Assembly: GCA_026025075.1 (NCBI GenBank)
Contig: JAPEUI010000115.1
Coordinates: forward strand, 1 to 50,171
Source of the DNA: Vezdaea acicularis
Taxonomy: Eukaryota
Reading direction: 5' to 3'
DNA: 50,171 nucleotides
Shown: positions 11,345 to 23,284 of the stretch, piece by piece
Layout: each line of letters begins with the position of its first letter
Numbering within the stretch: position 1 is the stretch's first letter
Position numbers and translations under genes: made by a program
The notes under the pieces: model-generated
Seen by the model: only the letters and a program-made list of their open reading frames with translations
What the model was told of the DNA's origin: nothing
The model's database searches: none

Positions 11345-11480
11345 CGTTTGTATGTGCGTATGCAAGCGTGTGGGTATGTGTGTGCATACATATGTAGGTG
11401 GGCGTGTCTGCGGTGTCTGTGTGTGCGTGCGTGCGTGCATGACATGTCTGCGTGAGTATGCGTGCGTGTGCGTGTGTGCT
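11345..11480. repeat. Imperfect (GT)n/(GTGC)n microsatellite
   Basis: Alternating runs such as gtgtgtgcgtgcgtgcgtgc and tgcgtgcgtgtgcgtgtgtgc. Confidence 0.8.
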
Positions 11481-11891
11481 ACGTAGTAAGCATGCAGGGA
11501 CGCGAGGGCTGGGGAGCTTGATGGGTAGATGTCATGTGGAATTTCAGACGAGGATTGGGACTATGGTTCTTTCATGGGTGGAGAGGTATTTGTTAGCTGA
11601 CAAAAAGGCCCCCCGGGGGGGAATCCGCTTGTGAATGAACGACTTGGCTTGATTTGAGACACAACAGCAGAGGGTGATTTTCATGCGACAGAAGGGCATG
11701 ATCGCGAGGGCATGATCGCAGTTGTTTCGCATCATTACATTAAAAGTCCGCTAATGACACGTACAACGTTTTTTTCTGCGTCCTCCCAAAAAAACACCCA
11801 GTGGGGCCAAGAGGGAAAATCAACAACCGTGAGATTTCATGAGCACGTGAAAGCCAAGTAAGCACCAGCGCGACAACCGGAGACACCCCTT

Positions 11892-12884
11892 TTATAGGAT
11901 GGAGAGGTCGAACGTTGGCGCCGAGGGTGTGACCTCCACGATCGCCGGCCCGGCGACGACCACCGAGTCCGTCAGGGTGCCGGTCACGTTGGAGCTGGTG
12001 AGAATGGCGTAGGACTGCCCGCTGATACCCTGAGGGACCTGGGCGGTGTAGGTGGTTCCCTTGACCGTAGCGGGCTCGGAGATGACCGATAGACCGTTGA
12101 CGTAGGTGATGAAGGGCGTGGCTGGTGCGGCGCCGGTGAAGGTGAAGTCGAAGGGGATGCCGACCATCGTTGGGATGCCCTGGGCTGGGGTGAGGGTAGG
12201 GAAAGCTGAGACGGGCAGGGCACCGTTCGAAGCTGGGCAGCTGACAATGAAGCTTCCGGCGAGGGTGAAGACCTCGTTGAGGCCGAGCGGGGAGCCGTAC
12301 GGGTTCGCGGGCGCAATCTCGCCGATGTTGAAGCGGAGCAAGCTGGTGTGGATGGCCTCGGTGACGAGGATGGATGCCGCGATCGTAAGGTAGTCCTTAT
12401 CTGTGATTGAGCCGGCGGCGCCAAGGTAGGCGGAGACACCGACGCCCTCAAGAACAGAGGCGAGCGTCACGAATGACTTTACGTCGACAAAGGGGAAGTC
12501 GTACGTGCAGGCTGCGACGGGGGAACCACCGGCGGCCTTGATGCCAGCAGTGAGGGCAACGACATGTGACTCTTCGTCTTCGACAACGTACTTCAGGTTG
12601 CTGTAGAAGAAGTCGCTATAGCCGGCGGCGATGAAATCCGACTCCGGCATCATCTCGATACCCTTCTTGTAGAAAGTATTTTCGAGATGCTCAAGCTAGT
12701 GAAGGTGTTAGCTGGGGCATGGAGACTCGATTGGAGCATTGCTCGTGAAGGGACTTACGGTCAGAGCAAACTGGAGAATGTCTAGGTCAGTGATAGCCGC
12801 TCTCTTGAGCAGGTTCCCGGTGGGGACCGCAGCCGCTTGTGCTATGAAGAGAGCGGCGACGCTCGCGATGGTGAAGGACTTCAT
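11892..12884 (-). CDS. Secreted ferritin-like (Rds1-type) stress protein; exons 12884-12759, 12695-11892
   Basis: Signal peptide MKSFTIASVAALFIAQAAA and a KR site; TDLDILQFALTLEHLENTFY, DEESH, LEGVGVSAYLG, EAIH; canonical intron. Confidence 0.9.
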
Positions 12885-14265
12885 GATGGACCGTGGAGTT
12901 GAGGCTGCGTCTAAAGAGTCTGGGGTGGTATCGGTGTAGAACGAAAACTTGGAGATCTTCGAAAGATGCAGGGCAGATGCGCAGGTATATATCGTACAAG
13001 CGGACTGTAACGGCGAGCTGGCGTGCCGTCATGATGGGGCACGCGATCCATCACCTGTAACGGAAGAGCTCGCATCCGGAGAGTCTAGCAGGCGTCCAGC
13101 AGAACTCAGCAGGCGTTCGACGGAGCTTCGAAGCTGTTGCGGTCCAAGCTCCGGAGATGTGTGGACCCGTCGCAACGGTCTGTCGGTCGATCTGCAAGTT
13201 CGCGCCTACCAACTTATCATGATCGCCGGCCGCAGACGACGCCACCAACCCAACACGGCCACGCTAATGCGGCGCTAAACTCTGCTTCTGACCCGCGAAC
13301 GGCTCCGCTGCGCACCGACTGCGCCAAAGAGGAATGCGCTATCGTCGTCGTTGCCAAAGGCCCTCCGCGACTAAGCCCTATCGAGGGCGGTGCTTCCCCA
13401 GCGTGCCTACCGCTTCCGTCCAACGTTGGCCAAACGCACCATCTAGCTCGCCCGGAACGAGTCTGGACCGTCCTGCTATCACTTCAAACTGCGCGCTGCT
13501 GCACGTGCCGTCGTTGGGGTCCAGTAAAACTGGGGTACGTACTGCGACTAGGCCGTTCCTCGTAGGACCGCTCTTCTGCTCCCTCTCTTTCTCCACATGC
13601 GAGCAAGGATGGCCAAGATACGTACCGCTGTGACTTGGCAAGCTAACAAGGAATGACCGGAGGGGGGCCAAGAGAGGGAGAGAGAGCTCTGCCCCACCCG
13701 CTCTGACTTCAATTGCACCAGCAAGATGTGGGACTTGCGTTGATCTAGGCCTTGCAGCTGGACTAAATGATGATGACCTCAGATTACGGGACAGAGACGT
13801 GAGTTGGCTGAGTCGAGGCTAGGCAGTGACCGAAGTTAATTCTGAAGTCGCACAGAAAGCACCAGTAGTCATGGCGGGGCCGTCGACGTCAGCGCGTTGG
13901 AACTTCCCGCGCAAATCAACGCGTTCGCGCTAGAGAAAGGGCCAGGTCCGGATTCAGCCCTTGGCGCGAGCCACTCGAGTGGGACATGCCAACGTCCACC
14001 GCCCAATCGTGACAGTCCTGGATGACTCGTGCGCGCTCGCTCTCTGCCCGTGTTGCTGAGATTGCATGTCGACATAGTAATCTGCCTGTGGCATGATTCT
14101 TGAACGAGCTGCCCAGCTGCGCCAGCAGACGCGCTATCCTCAGTGGCGATAACACGACCGTGGTCCCTTGTTGGGTCAGATCAACTAAGCTTGAACCACC
14201 GGCACGGCATCTGCGAGCTCCCGTGGGACGGAAAAGGGCTGCAGCCTACAGAAGCTCCTGATGGC

Positions 14266-17200
14266 TTAATCAAGCGGCTCTTCTTTGATGATGATCGCAC
14301 TTTCCCATGCCCGCTTCTGCTTCTCCATCTCGTCCTCGGTCATTTGCCGAGTCCCCTGATCTTCTTCCCTCTTGATCTCGATGGTCTCAATCAGTCTTCC
14401 GGCCCGAGGCCTGACTTCATCTGCTAAGATGACCGTCTCAATGCCCGCCGGCGCGTTCTCCTCCGGACCCATGGGGAGCGCGTCCACATCGATCTCTAGG
14501 TTCAGCAGGCTCTTCAAGATGACCTCACTCCCTGCCTTACTCATGACCTGATTCTGCTCTTTGCACCTCTCGCTGCAAACGCACTCGATGCATCCCTCGT
14601 GACAATGGCATGCCGCGACTCTCTCACAAGCCTGCTTCAGTAAAAGGTCGATGAATTCGAAAGCCTTGGTTGAGATGCCGGATCCGTTGGCGCCACCTTT
14701 CGCATCGTAAAACGTCAACCGTGCAGGTCGCTTGCGCGAGGTCTCCTTTTTGGCGAACTCTTTGATCGCGTTTTTGCACTCCGTCCTGACGTCTCCTGGC
14801 ATTGAAACAACGAAATTTGGCATCAGGCTCAGTATCGCGTGTTCTGCAGCGTGAATGGCTCCTGCCACGTTCAGTCTTCTCGCAACGAGAATCTCGACAG
14901 CAGACTTGGGCACGTCGAGCCACATGCCCTTTGAGTAAATGTCAATCGGTGGATTGTCCACCGCAACAGCATCAAGGATGCGCCGTTTCTTGTCGACCTT
15001 AAAGAAGCCGAATATCACGGCGTGAATCTTGATAGGTCCGTAGAATGCGCGTGACAATGAGCCAGGGATCTTCCGTATAGCTTCTGTCTCGATCGGGTCG
15101 ATGTCTGTGTAGTCTCTTTGCTGCGTCGTCCAATCCACCTTGACGTACTCAACCTTGGCGATCTTACGCTCAGGGTTGAACTCCTTGACGAGATAAGTTC
15201 TTCCTTGATGCAAGAATATGCCGCCCTCATAGATTGTAAAGAAAGCTCTAGAGGGTTCAACCTCTTCCATCACCTCATTCTTGCCGTTCGTGATATTGAC
15301 AACGGCGAAATGGTCGTCTTCAGTATCTCGAATGGAGACAAATTTCGACGGACGCGGTCGAAAACGTTCGTTGCAATGATAAAATCCTAAGGGATCTTTG
15401 ACCATGCGCTCCTCTGCAATCTCGCCGAGGTCTTTGCCAAAGTATACCTTGTCTTCCTGCGGGCGGATTGGCATCTCATATGCCGCGCACTGTATGTGGC
15501 CCTCCAGCACGAGCATGTTCTGCAAATCCACTTGGAGCTCACAGTTCGGCTTTGTGAAGATCTCGTCCGGATTTTGCATATAATATTGATCTGTTGGGAA
15601 GCAGTCGCCGATGAGGACTGAGAGAGAATCTTTGTTCCGACGTCCCGCCCGTCCACTCTGCTGACGAAGGTTGGCAATGGTGTATGGAAAACCTACGGTC
15701 ACCACGGCATCAAGAGAGCCGATATCTATGCCCAGTTCAAGTGCGTTGGTCGCAATGATGCCAACCAGCTTTCCCTCGAACATCTCCTTTTCAATCTTCC
15801 GACGATCTTGTGGTGCATAACCACCACGATATCCCATCACCCTGGCCATGACTTCTGGCCTTTCCAAATTCAGTAGCTCGTTCTTCACTGCCGTTATGAG
15901 TAACTCGCATTGCTTGCGGACTCTACAGAAGGCTATAACTCGAACACCTCGAAGGATCAGTTGGCAGAATAACTTTGCTGACTCGGCTAAAGCGTCTCCT
16001 CTTCCTGAGGTAGGATCACCCGGGTCTTTGAAAGGCGTGTTCCAGCACAGGAACTCCTTTCTCCCTGATGGAGAACCATCAAAATCGGTCAGCCTAACGG
16101 AATCAACCCCGAAGATAGTCTTCATATGATCCTCAGGATTAGCGATTGTTGCAGAACAGGAAATGAATTTGACATGGCGGTTACCCACGGCAGCACATAT
16201 TCGCCGCAATCTTCTCATGATAAATGCAATATGTGATCCGAATAAGCCGTTGTAGACGTGTAGTTCGTCGACAACTACATACTTGAGGTTCTTAAGGAAA
16301 GTACGCCAAGCTCCCTCTTGGGGTAAAATAGTGATGTGAAGCATGTCAGGATTGGTAAAAATGATCCTAGCCTCGTCCTTGATCAACTGGCGATCAAGCA
16401 TAGCTGTGTCGCCGTCAAAGGTTTCCACAAGAATATTCTCTAAACCGGTCATGAAGCGGAGGAGCTCTTTCAAGCTTCTTCTTTGATCTTGTGCGAGAGC
16501 TTTCGTGGGAAATATATACATAGCGCGAGTCAAGGGGTCCTTCTCTAATTCGTGGAGTACGGGTATCTGGTAGATGAGCGACTTTCCTGAACTGGTGGAC
16601 GTGGATACAATGACGTTGTGTCCATCGTACAGGTTGTTGATTGCCTCCGCCTGGTGTGCATACAGTTGAGTAATGCCGCGTGTATTATACAGAGCATTTA
16701 CCAAGTTTTGGGTTAATTGGAACGTCAATTCGCCAAAGATTGGTGGCTGAGGGTCAAAGACCCTGTGACCATCTGGAACGATTTGTCCAACATAATCCTC
16801 GGAATCTTTGATCTCACCAATTATCTCTGAGATTGATTTGCGCTCTGTGGGAATGGATCGCGGAAGCTTTGAAAATATCGGCACAGGCGTTTCGCCTCGT
16901 CTCTCCGAAGGCATCGGAATGTATGAGGCTGCTTGTTCTAGGAGATGAACCACAGGGTCCACTCCTTGTTCTCTGCAATCATTCAAAAATGCATTAATCG
17001 AAGATGTAAATTTGGCATTCCTCTTATTGATAAGGTTTGTCATCTGCTTCTGCGAGTAAACTGGCATCTTCAAGTTCTCTTCCCTTAGTTTCCGATTGGG
17101 ATTAGTTGGCTCTCCGGTCTTCGCATGCTGGACTTGCCGCCTCAAGTCTCCGTCAATAAACTCAAAGAGCAGCACTTCCTTTTCAGCTGTGAGTTCTTCG

Positions 17201-17742
17201 TCTGTAGCCCTCTCTTGGGGATCGTAGGAGACAAATTCCTTCGCGCGCCCGTTCTTTATTGCGTCCGCACCGAGTATATAGACTTGTAAGGTCGCCTCGT
17301 CAACGTATGCAAAATTGATAGCCCGAGGTACCAATGATTTTATCTGGGCAACCTCCTCAATTGTTAGGTCTCTCTTCGTATGAGACTGCACCGTCGATTT
17401 GATATTCTCAAATGTTGTCGCTAGATGCTTTCGTGTACAGCAGAAGGTAAAGACAAGGTTCAGAGCCCGATGGGTCTGTTCAAGTTTTCTGAAATGATCT
17501 GGCCATGCTACGTCAGTGGTTACAAGGCTGTTTGTCGAAGAGGCTCGACTCAATGCTGGTGTCTTTGACTTGGGAGCTCGCCGAGGCTTTTTGCCTCCGT
17601 CATAGGTCTTCGTTGGAACGGTAATGGTGGATGCACGATTTTCAGATTCATCATGAGACTCTGCATGCTCTGGGTTTGGTACTTTCCTTTTTCTCTTTTT
17701 CACAGTCTGATTGGAAACCGTTGCAGCCCGTAATTTGGCCAT
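14266..17742 (-). CDS. HRQ1: RecQ4-type DNA helicase Hrq1, intronless
   Basis: TSTSSGKS, FPTKALAQDQ, DELH, SATI, TNALELGIDIG, QQSGRAGRR and a C-terminal Cys cluster (CHCHEGCIECV, DUF1998-type); ATG at 17742 taken as start. Confidence 0.95.
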   Translation of the reverse strand: MAKLRAATVSNQTVKKRKRKVPNPEHAESHDESENRASTITVPTKTYDGGKKPRRAPKSKTPALSRASSTNSLVTTDVAWPDHFRKLEQTHRALNLVFTFCCTRKHLATTFENIKSTVQSHTKRDLTIEEVAQIKSLVPRAINFAYVDEATLQVYILGADAIKNGRAKEFVSYDPQERATDEELTAEKEVLLFEFIDGDLRRQVQHAKTGEPTNPNRKLREENLKMPVYSQKQMTNLINKRNAKFTSSINAFLNDCREQGVDPVVHLLEQAASYIPMPSERRGETPVPIFSKLPRSIPTERKSISEIIGEIKDSEDYVGQIVPDGHRVFDPQPPIFGELTFQLTQNLVNALYNTRGITQLYAHQAEAINNLYDGHNVIVSTSTSSGKSLIYQIPVLHELEKDPLTRAMYIFPTKALAQDQRRSLKELLRFMTGLENILVETFDGDTAMLDRQLIKDEARIIFTNPDMLHITILPQEGAWRTFLKNLKYVVVDELHVYNGLFGSHIAFIMRRLRRICAAVGNRHVKFISCSATIANPEDHMKTIFGVDSVRLTDFDGSPSGRKEFLCWNTPFKDPGDPTSGRGDALAESAKLFCQLILRGVRVIAFCRVRKQCELLITAVKNELLNLERPEVMARVMGYRGGYAPQDRRKIEKEMFEGKLVGIIATNALELGIDIGSLDAVVTVGFPYTIANLRQQSGRAGRRNKDSLSVLIGDCFPTDQYYMQNPDEIFTKPNCELQVDLQNMLVLEGHIQCAAYEMPIRPQEDKVYFGKDLGEIAEERMVKDPLGFYHCNERFRPRPSKFVSIRDTEDDHFAVVNITNGKNEVMEEVEPSRAFFTIYEGGIFLHQGRTYLVKEFNPERKIAKVEYVKVDWTTQQRDYTDIDPIETEAIRKIPGSLSRAFYGPIKIHAVIFGFFKVDKKRRILDAVAVDNPPIDIYSKGMWLDVPKSAVEILVARRLNVAGAIHAAEHAILSLMPNFVVSMPGDVRTECKNAIKEFAKKETSRKRPARLTFYDAKGGANGSGISTKAFEFIDLLLKQACERVAACHCHEGCIECVCSERCKEQNQVMSKAGSEVILKSLLNLEIDVDALPMGPEENAPAGIETVILADEVRPRAGRLIETIEIKREEDQGTRQMTEDEMEKQKRAWESAIIIKEEPLD

Positions 17743-18073
17743 AGCTCGTAAAATGGCATGGTTAAGGCAGTGTTCAAGGGAAGTCCTGACGCCAACCGAA
17801 CGGATGCCCCGCCAAAGAGACGCGGTCTCACGTGGCAAGGTATTCCAGAAACCTTTAGACTGCTTCTACGAAGCTTAATTTCTATGTCAAGGATTTGTCA
17901 TTGAAACATGACGACCAGGATAGAAGGAATGATAACCGCATTTTGGCTTGGAAAGGATTTCTTCAAGTACATTCACAATCTTTGAATCTCGACCAGTTGC
18001 CACAAGGGACGCCCAATAGTTTTCCCTACTCTGCGAGTTCTGGTCTAACTTATATCGTTGGTACAATTTTACC

Positions 18074-19382
18074 ATGCCCACTGATTTGGAAGATGTTTGC
18101 AAAATTTTCTCCTTCTTTATTGCTTTTTAGGTGCTAACAAGGACTGAATAACAGTTAGTCGGTTTCCTTCGTCATGGGAATACTCAGATTAGGCAGATTG
18201 GTAAGAATTTCAAGGCATTTGCTTGATGAGAATTGAACTAACCTCAATCATATAGCCGTCGAAAATCTTGTGGGCTACTCGGTAGCCCAGCCGGCTATCT
18301 TCAAGGCAGGAGAGCTAACCCCGATCAAAGACATGAAAATGCTAGTTAGGGACTACCACGTCTGTATCGTCTCCCGCACGCATAGTTTGCAGGGAACGTT
18401 AAATTTCTGGCTAACATTTGTACCTACAGCCCATTGCAAAGAATGTACTCACTATTCTCATTAATCTTTCCAACGATGAGGAGGTGCTACAGAGCCTCGC
18501 AGAAGACGACGCCTTCCTGGAGTCCTTACTCCTACGTGTGACAAACGCAAAAGAGCCTACGGCAGACCTAATATCGATGCTACTAGCCAACCTCGCAAAG
18601 TCAGATGCCCTAAAGCGTATCTTCAAGCTGAAGCGATCAGTTCCAAAGCCGCTCTCGAATTCAGATCATGCTATGGACCAATTGATGGACTGTTTCGTGA
18701 AGGGCGCAACGGGGACCTACAACAAGGACGCGAATTTTGACTACCTTGCATACTTCTTTGCAGATATGGCCAAGGTTAATCATCCTAAAAGAAGCCCCTT
18801 TCTACCACACCTTACTTACCGAGCTTGCAGTTTCCAGAAGGTCAGACATATTTCACAACGGCACAGGCGTATGATGAAGTGATCCCAATAACAAAACTCG
18901 CGGTTTTCACCGAACATGATAGCCATGTGCGGAGAAAAGGGGTCGTCTCGACAATCAAAAATATAGCTTTCCACATCCCCTCTCACCCTGTCCTCTTGTC
19001 TCCGGAGGGCGTGAATATTCTTCCATATGTCCTCTTGCCTCTTGCCGGTCCCGAAGAGTTCTCTGATGAAGATATGGCGACGATGCTTCCTGATCTGCAG
19101 TTGCTACCGCCAGATAAGAAAAGAGATGGTGACCTAGAAATCTTGCATACCCATGTAGAAACGCTTTTGCTATTCACCACAACGCGAGAAGGGAGGACAA
19201 CGATGAGAAATTCGGGTGTATATCAGATCATACGAGAGATGCACCTACACGTTGAAGATGAAAAGATTAGGGAAGCTTGCGAGCGTTTGGTGGATTTATT
19301 GATGAGGGATGAGGAAGATACGAAGGATTCAGAACAGGCAGACGCTGAGGACGATGAAGAGAAGGTTGTAGAATTATTTTAG
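18074..19382 (+). CDS. HGH1: Hgh1 (FAM203), eEF2 chaperone; multi-exon
   Basis: Spliced N-terminus MPTDLED|LVGFLRHGNTQIRQIA; SMLLANLAK, RRKGVVSTIKNIAF, LPDLQLLPPDKKR, acidic tail. Confidence 0.9.
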
Positions 19383-19733
19383 GGCCGACAATCACTCAAT
19401 GCCTAAACCATTACCATTTCCCAGTCTTCGAAATCTCTATCTACAAGGAGTGAACCAGAGACCGCCAAGATATATTCAGGGCGCGCCTCGTGATTCAACG
19501 GCCAGACATCATAACCCATAGAGACATTCTTTCCGGCCTCTATTCCACATGTACAAAGAGATGTGGGGGAGCGAACGCTCTATGGTGCCTTCTCTGGATG
19601 TGCTGAGATTTGTCTCGGAGATTTGAGCTTTAATTAGCACAGCTCATAGTCTGGAGACCGCTCAGGGTCCTTTCCACTCATTGATTTCCCATGACGACAG
19701 CGGACTTGATCGTTCCAGTATGACTCGATCTAG

Positions 19734-20597
19734 TCACAATTTACTAGCAACCCACCTTGGCTTTCTCTTTTCCACAAATGCGCGAAGACCCTCCTTCATA
19801 TTCTCCCCTTTGTGTAGCCCCTCATACCACTCTTCAACCAGCTTGTTCGTTCCTTCCTCTACCCCAACACCTTCCCAGCCCAGCTTAATTCCCTCCCTAC
19901 TAACAATAATCCCATCGGGACTATTCTCCGCTATCACGCAGGCAGTCTCCACTGCCTGCCCCACTACGTCTTCCGCGATCTTATTCACAATCCCCCAACT
20001 CATTGCCTCCTCCGCTGACACATTCCTACCTGTAAGCGCCATCTCAGTCGCCCTTGGCCGCCCAATCGTCCGCACGAGACGCGGAAGTGCACCTGCAATG
20101 GCCACGACACCGACCTTAACCTCTGGAAGGGCGAAGAGCGCCTTGGGTGAAGCAAGGACAAGGTCGCAATTAGCGATCATCTCGAAGCCTCCACCGAAAC
20201 AGACGCCGTTCACAGCTGCAATTATAGGCTTTTTGCCACCACGCCTGGAGAGCCCCCCAAAGCCTGTAGGGGGCATCTCACGTACTACATCTATGGAATT
20301 GGAGTTCCATTCTATCGTACGGAATCAGTAATGTCAGATATGAAATGCTTACGATGGCTTACCTTTCAGATCCGCACCAGCACAAAATGCTCTACCCTCT
20401 CCAGTAACAATCCCTACTCGTAGGCTCGGCTCATTATCTAACCAGCTGAAAACCTCATGCAATTCCCAATGTCCCTTTATGTTAATGCAGTTGAGCTCCT
20501 TCGGTCGCGAGAGCTTGACAAGGAGGATATACGGCGCGGGGAAAGAAAGGCGCGAGAAGGAGGTGGCAGGGGGCGCAGTCCTGAAAGAAGGCTTCAT
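19734..20597 (-). CDS. Enoyl-CoA hydratase/crotonase-family protein with PTS1 (-SKL); one intron at about 20361-20311
   Basis: AFCAGADLK, KPIIAAVNG, GGGFE and LPEVKVG (both catalytic Glu present); ends in ASKL. Confidence 0.92.
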
Positions 20598-20717
20598 GAC
20601 GGCTCAAATGCAATCAAGTGTATCAATAAATACTGGTGTTGTATCATTGTTGTTTGAAGTGTGAAGATTAACGGGATGCTTACACGGCTTCTCGGATGCT
20701 CTTCGCGGGGTGATGAG

Positions 20718-20723
20718 CCGAGG
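20718..20723 (-). promoter_or_regulatory. Candidate FarA/FarB site CCTCGG
   Basis: CCGAGG on + strand about 120 bp upstream of the hydratase ATG; only a 6-mer. Confidence 0.45.
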
Positions 20724-20981
20724 TCGAGGAAGGTCCAATATTCAAATGGCAGTCATGTCAGCGTTTCGTATAGAGCCAGCTTGTTCATTACGAATACTTA
20801 GACATGCTTGTGGAAGGCCCTATTATTATACGTCTTCTAATACGAGAGCTAGTATTACACCAAGGAAAATATTCGCCGATCCTCCGCAGCAACATGCTAA
20901 GACATCAAATAGCAACTAGACCTCAAGTTATGAGCAACCTTGGTAAATCTCTCTCGGAGGCATGGAAGTTAAGGCTAGTTT

Positions 20982-23284
20982 CTACTTCGCGCCATATGCA
21001 GCATCGACTTCCTTCTTGTACTTCGTAAGGAGCGCCTTGCGATTGAGTTTTTGCGCCGATGTGACCAGGCCCTGTAGGAGATTAGCTCAAGCCATCGCGG
21101 AAATTATTCATGCCACGGTAAGTCTCACATTTTGTGGTGTCCATTCTTCATCAGCTAATACGACCCCATCGATGATCTCAATACCAGTCAGTCCACCATT
21201 TCTGCCTTTAGCTTGCAGCTCCTTGAGGACTATGCCATTCATCTTCTTATTGGCACATAATTCCTCAAGGCTTGACCCCTCGACACCATTTGCCTTTGCC
21301 AGATTCTTAAGAGCTGGTTCTGCCGGTACGATGATTGCGATGGGTTTTTGACGCTGCTGATCAGCATACACGCAAATATTCGCAACCACACTAGCGGAAC
21401 GATAAACACTCTCAAGTTTCTCCAGTGCGATGTATTCTCCGTTCAATGTCTTGACCAAATTCTTCTTCCTGTCAATAATGAGAAGATGCCCGTTAGCATC
21501 AAACTCGCCGATATCGCCAGTCATAAACCAGCCATCCTTCGAGAGTGCTTCTTCGGTCTCCTTCTCGTTCTGGTAATATCCAGACATGACACTGTCACCC
21601 CGAATCCAGATCTCGCCTTGAGGAGGTTTATTCTTTGTGTAGTAGCCGGCATCAGGAAAGTCGACGAGTTTGACTTCGACAGAGGCGGGAATACCTCCCA
21701 AAGCTTTATCAGTCCACTCCATAGGGTCTGTAAGAGCACCCATGGCCGATGTTTCTGTAAGACCATAACCACTAATCATAGGAGTGATAGCCAAACTAAT
21801 GAACCTCTGTGTCTCCTTAGCAACTGGGCCGCCACCATTCATACATATTCTTAATCTTCCACCTGTGGCATCCTTGATCTTGTTAAAGACAATTGCATCC
21901 AGCACGCCAGATCCAGGAAGGTTATTTGCCATCAAGAAGCTCTTCGCTGCAAAAGCACCCCAGAATACCTTCTGGGTGACAAAGCCACCCGCTGAAACTT
22001 TGCTGATGATGCCTTTCTTCACGGATTCCCAGACTGCGGGCACGCCAACAAGCACCGTAGGTCTGAACTCACGGATGTCGCCTTTACAATTGCGTACGCT
22101 GGTGTCAGAAAGAGTCCTTGGGTTGCCATAGCCCATTACGCCTCCCCAGAAGATAACTGCAGTCTCGAAGACGAATTCAAGGATATGGGCTAATGGCAGG
22201 TATGTCAAGAGAGCATCGCCAGGACCTAAATATGGACCAACGATTGCATTGACTCCAGCAACTTCAATACGTTAGCAAGGACAAATCGCTCGACTTGTGA
22301 TATACTTACTTGATGCAAGTACGTTTTTGTGTGTAAGCTGTACGCCCTTCGGTGTCCCAGTAGACCCTGATGTGTACATGATGCAGCATAATTCTTCTGG
22401 CTTTGGTGGCACGGGCTCGACGGGGTTGTCCTCGCCTAATTGACGGAGTTCCTCGAAACTCAAAATAGTAAGATAGTCGTAGGCAGATTTGAGACGGTCA
22501 ATGTGTTCCTGTTTGACTTCACTAGTGCTATTATATATGACGTATTGTATATCCTTAGCCTCCTTGAAGGGGTTTATGAGCGTCGGAAGTAAATGAGGGT
22601 CGAGAAAGATAGCTTTTGCATGAGTCTGAAGCATAGAATGCTTGACAGCCTCTTCTCCAAGAGTGTCGTATGCAGTAACGATAGGCATGGACTGGCTAAT
22701 GGCGCCTGAAAAGAATATTAGTCGTTATTAAACTTCATGTCTACTGAGAAGACATACCATGCGCGGTCGCTAGCCAGTGGGCGCTGAAAGCAAAAGTTAG
22801 CTGTCAAATATCGATTTGTGAAACATACAGAAGATTACCTAGTAGCAGCGAAAATATGCACCCGGTCCTCCCTTTGCATACCAAGCTTACGAAGACCAGC
22901 TCCAACTTGATGAACGAGCTTTTCGTATTCGATAAAGCTCATGTAATGATACTCGCTCAGCTCGAAGTATGTCCATTTCTTGTCAACCTCCTGCTCCTTT
23001 CCATCAACTATCTTCTTAATCTTCTTAGTCTCGACATGTGTCTGGACAACTTTCCGCGAGCCAAGTGCCTTCGCATTACCAAACTTCTCAGCACCTCGCT
23101 TCACGATGTCGTACATAGTGGTGACGCCTTCTTCGGGAGTCGTAATAAGTCCATTCTTAGCTAAAGGGTTACGACGGGGAATCGTTTCTCCTTCCTTTGG
23201 CTCAACCCCAGGGGCTTCGATGGTGAAGGGTGGCTTTTTCATCAGCTTGGGATACACCACGGCGTTCTTCTGTGAATGCGACAT
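20982..23284 (-). CDS. FAA1: Long-chain fatty acyl-CoA synthetase; multi-exon, including a 26-nt exon at 22783-22758
   Basis: IMYTSGSTGTPKGV, YLPLAHILE, GYGLTET, GWFMTGDIG, DRKKNLVK, GEYIALEKLE; last exon GLVTSAQKLNRK..YGAK*. Confidence 0.95.

Noticed and set aside
12949..14260. Short ORFs upstream of the Rds1-like gene
   Set aside because: No motifs or splice-consistent gene model; treated as promoter DNA
17743..17838. TTG-initiated N-terminal extension of HRQ1 in the ORF track
   Set aside because: It falls in the short divergent promoter, and ATG 17742 has a good context (GCTATGG)
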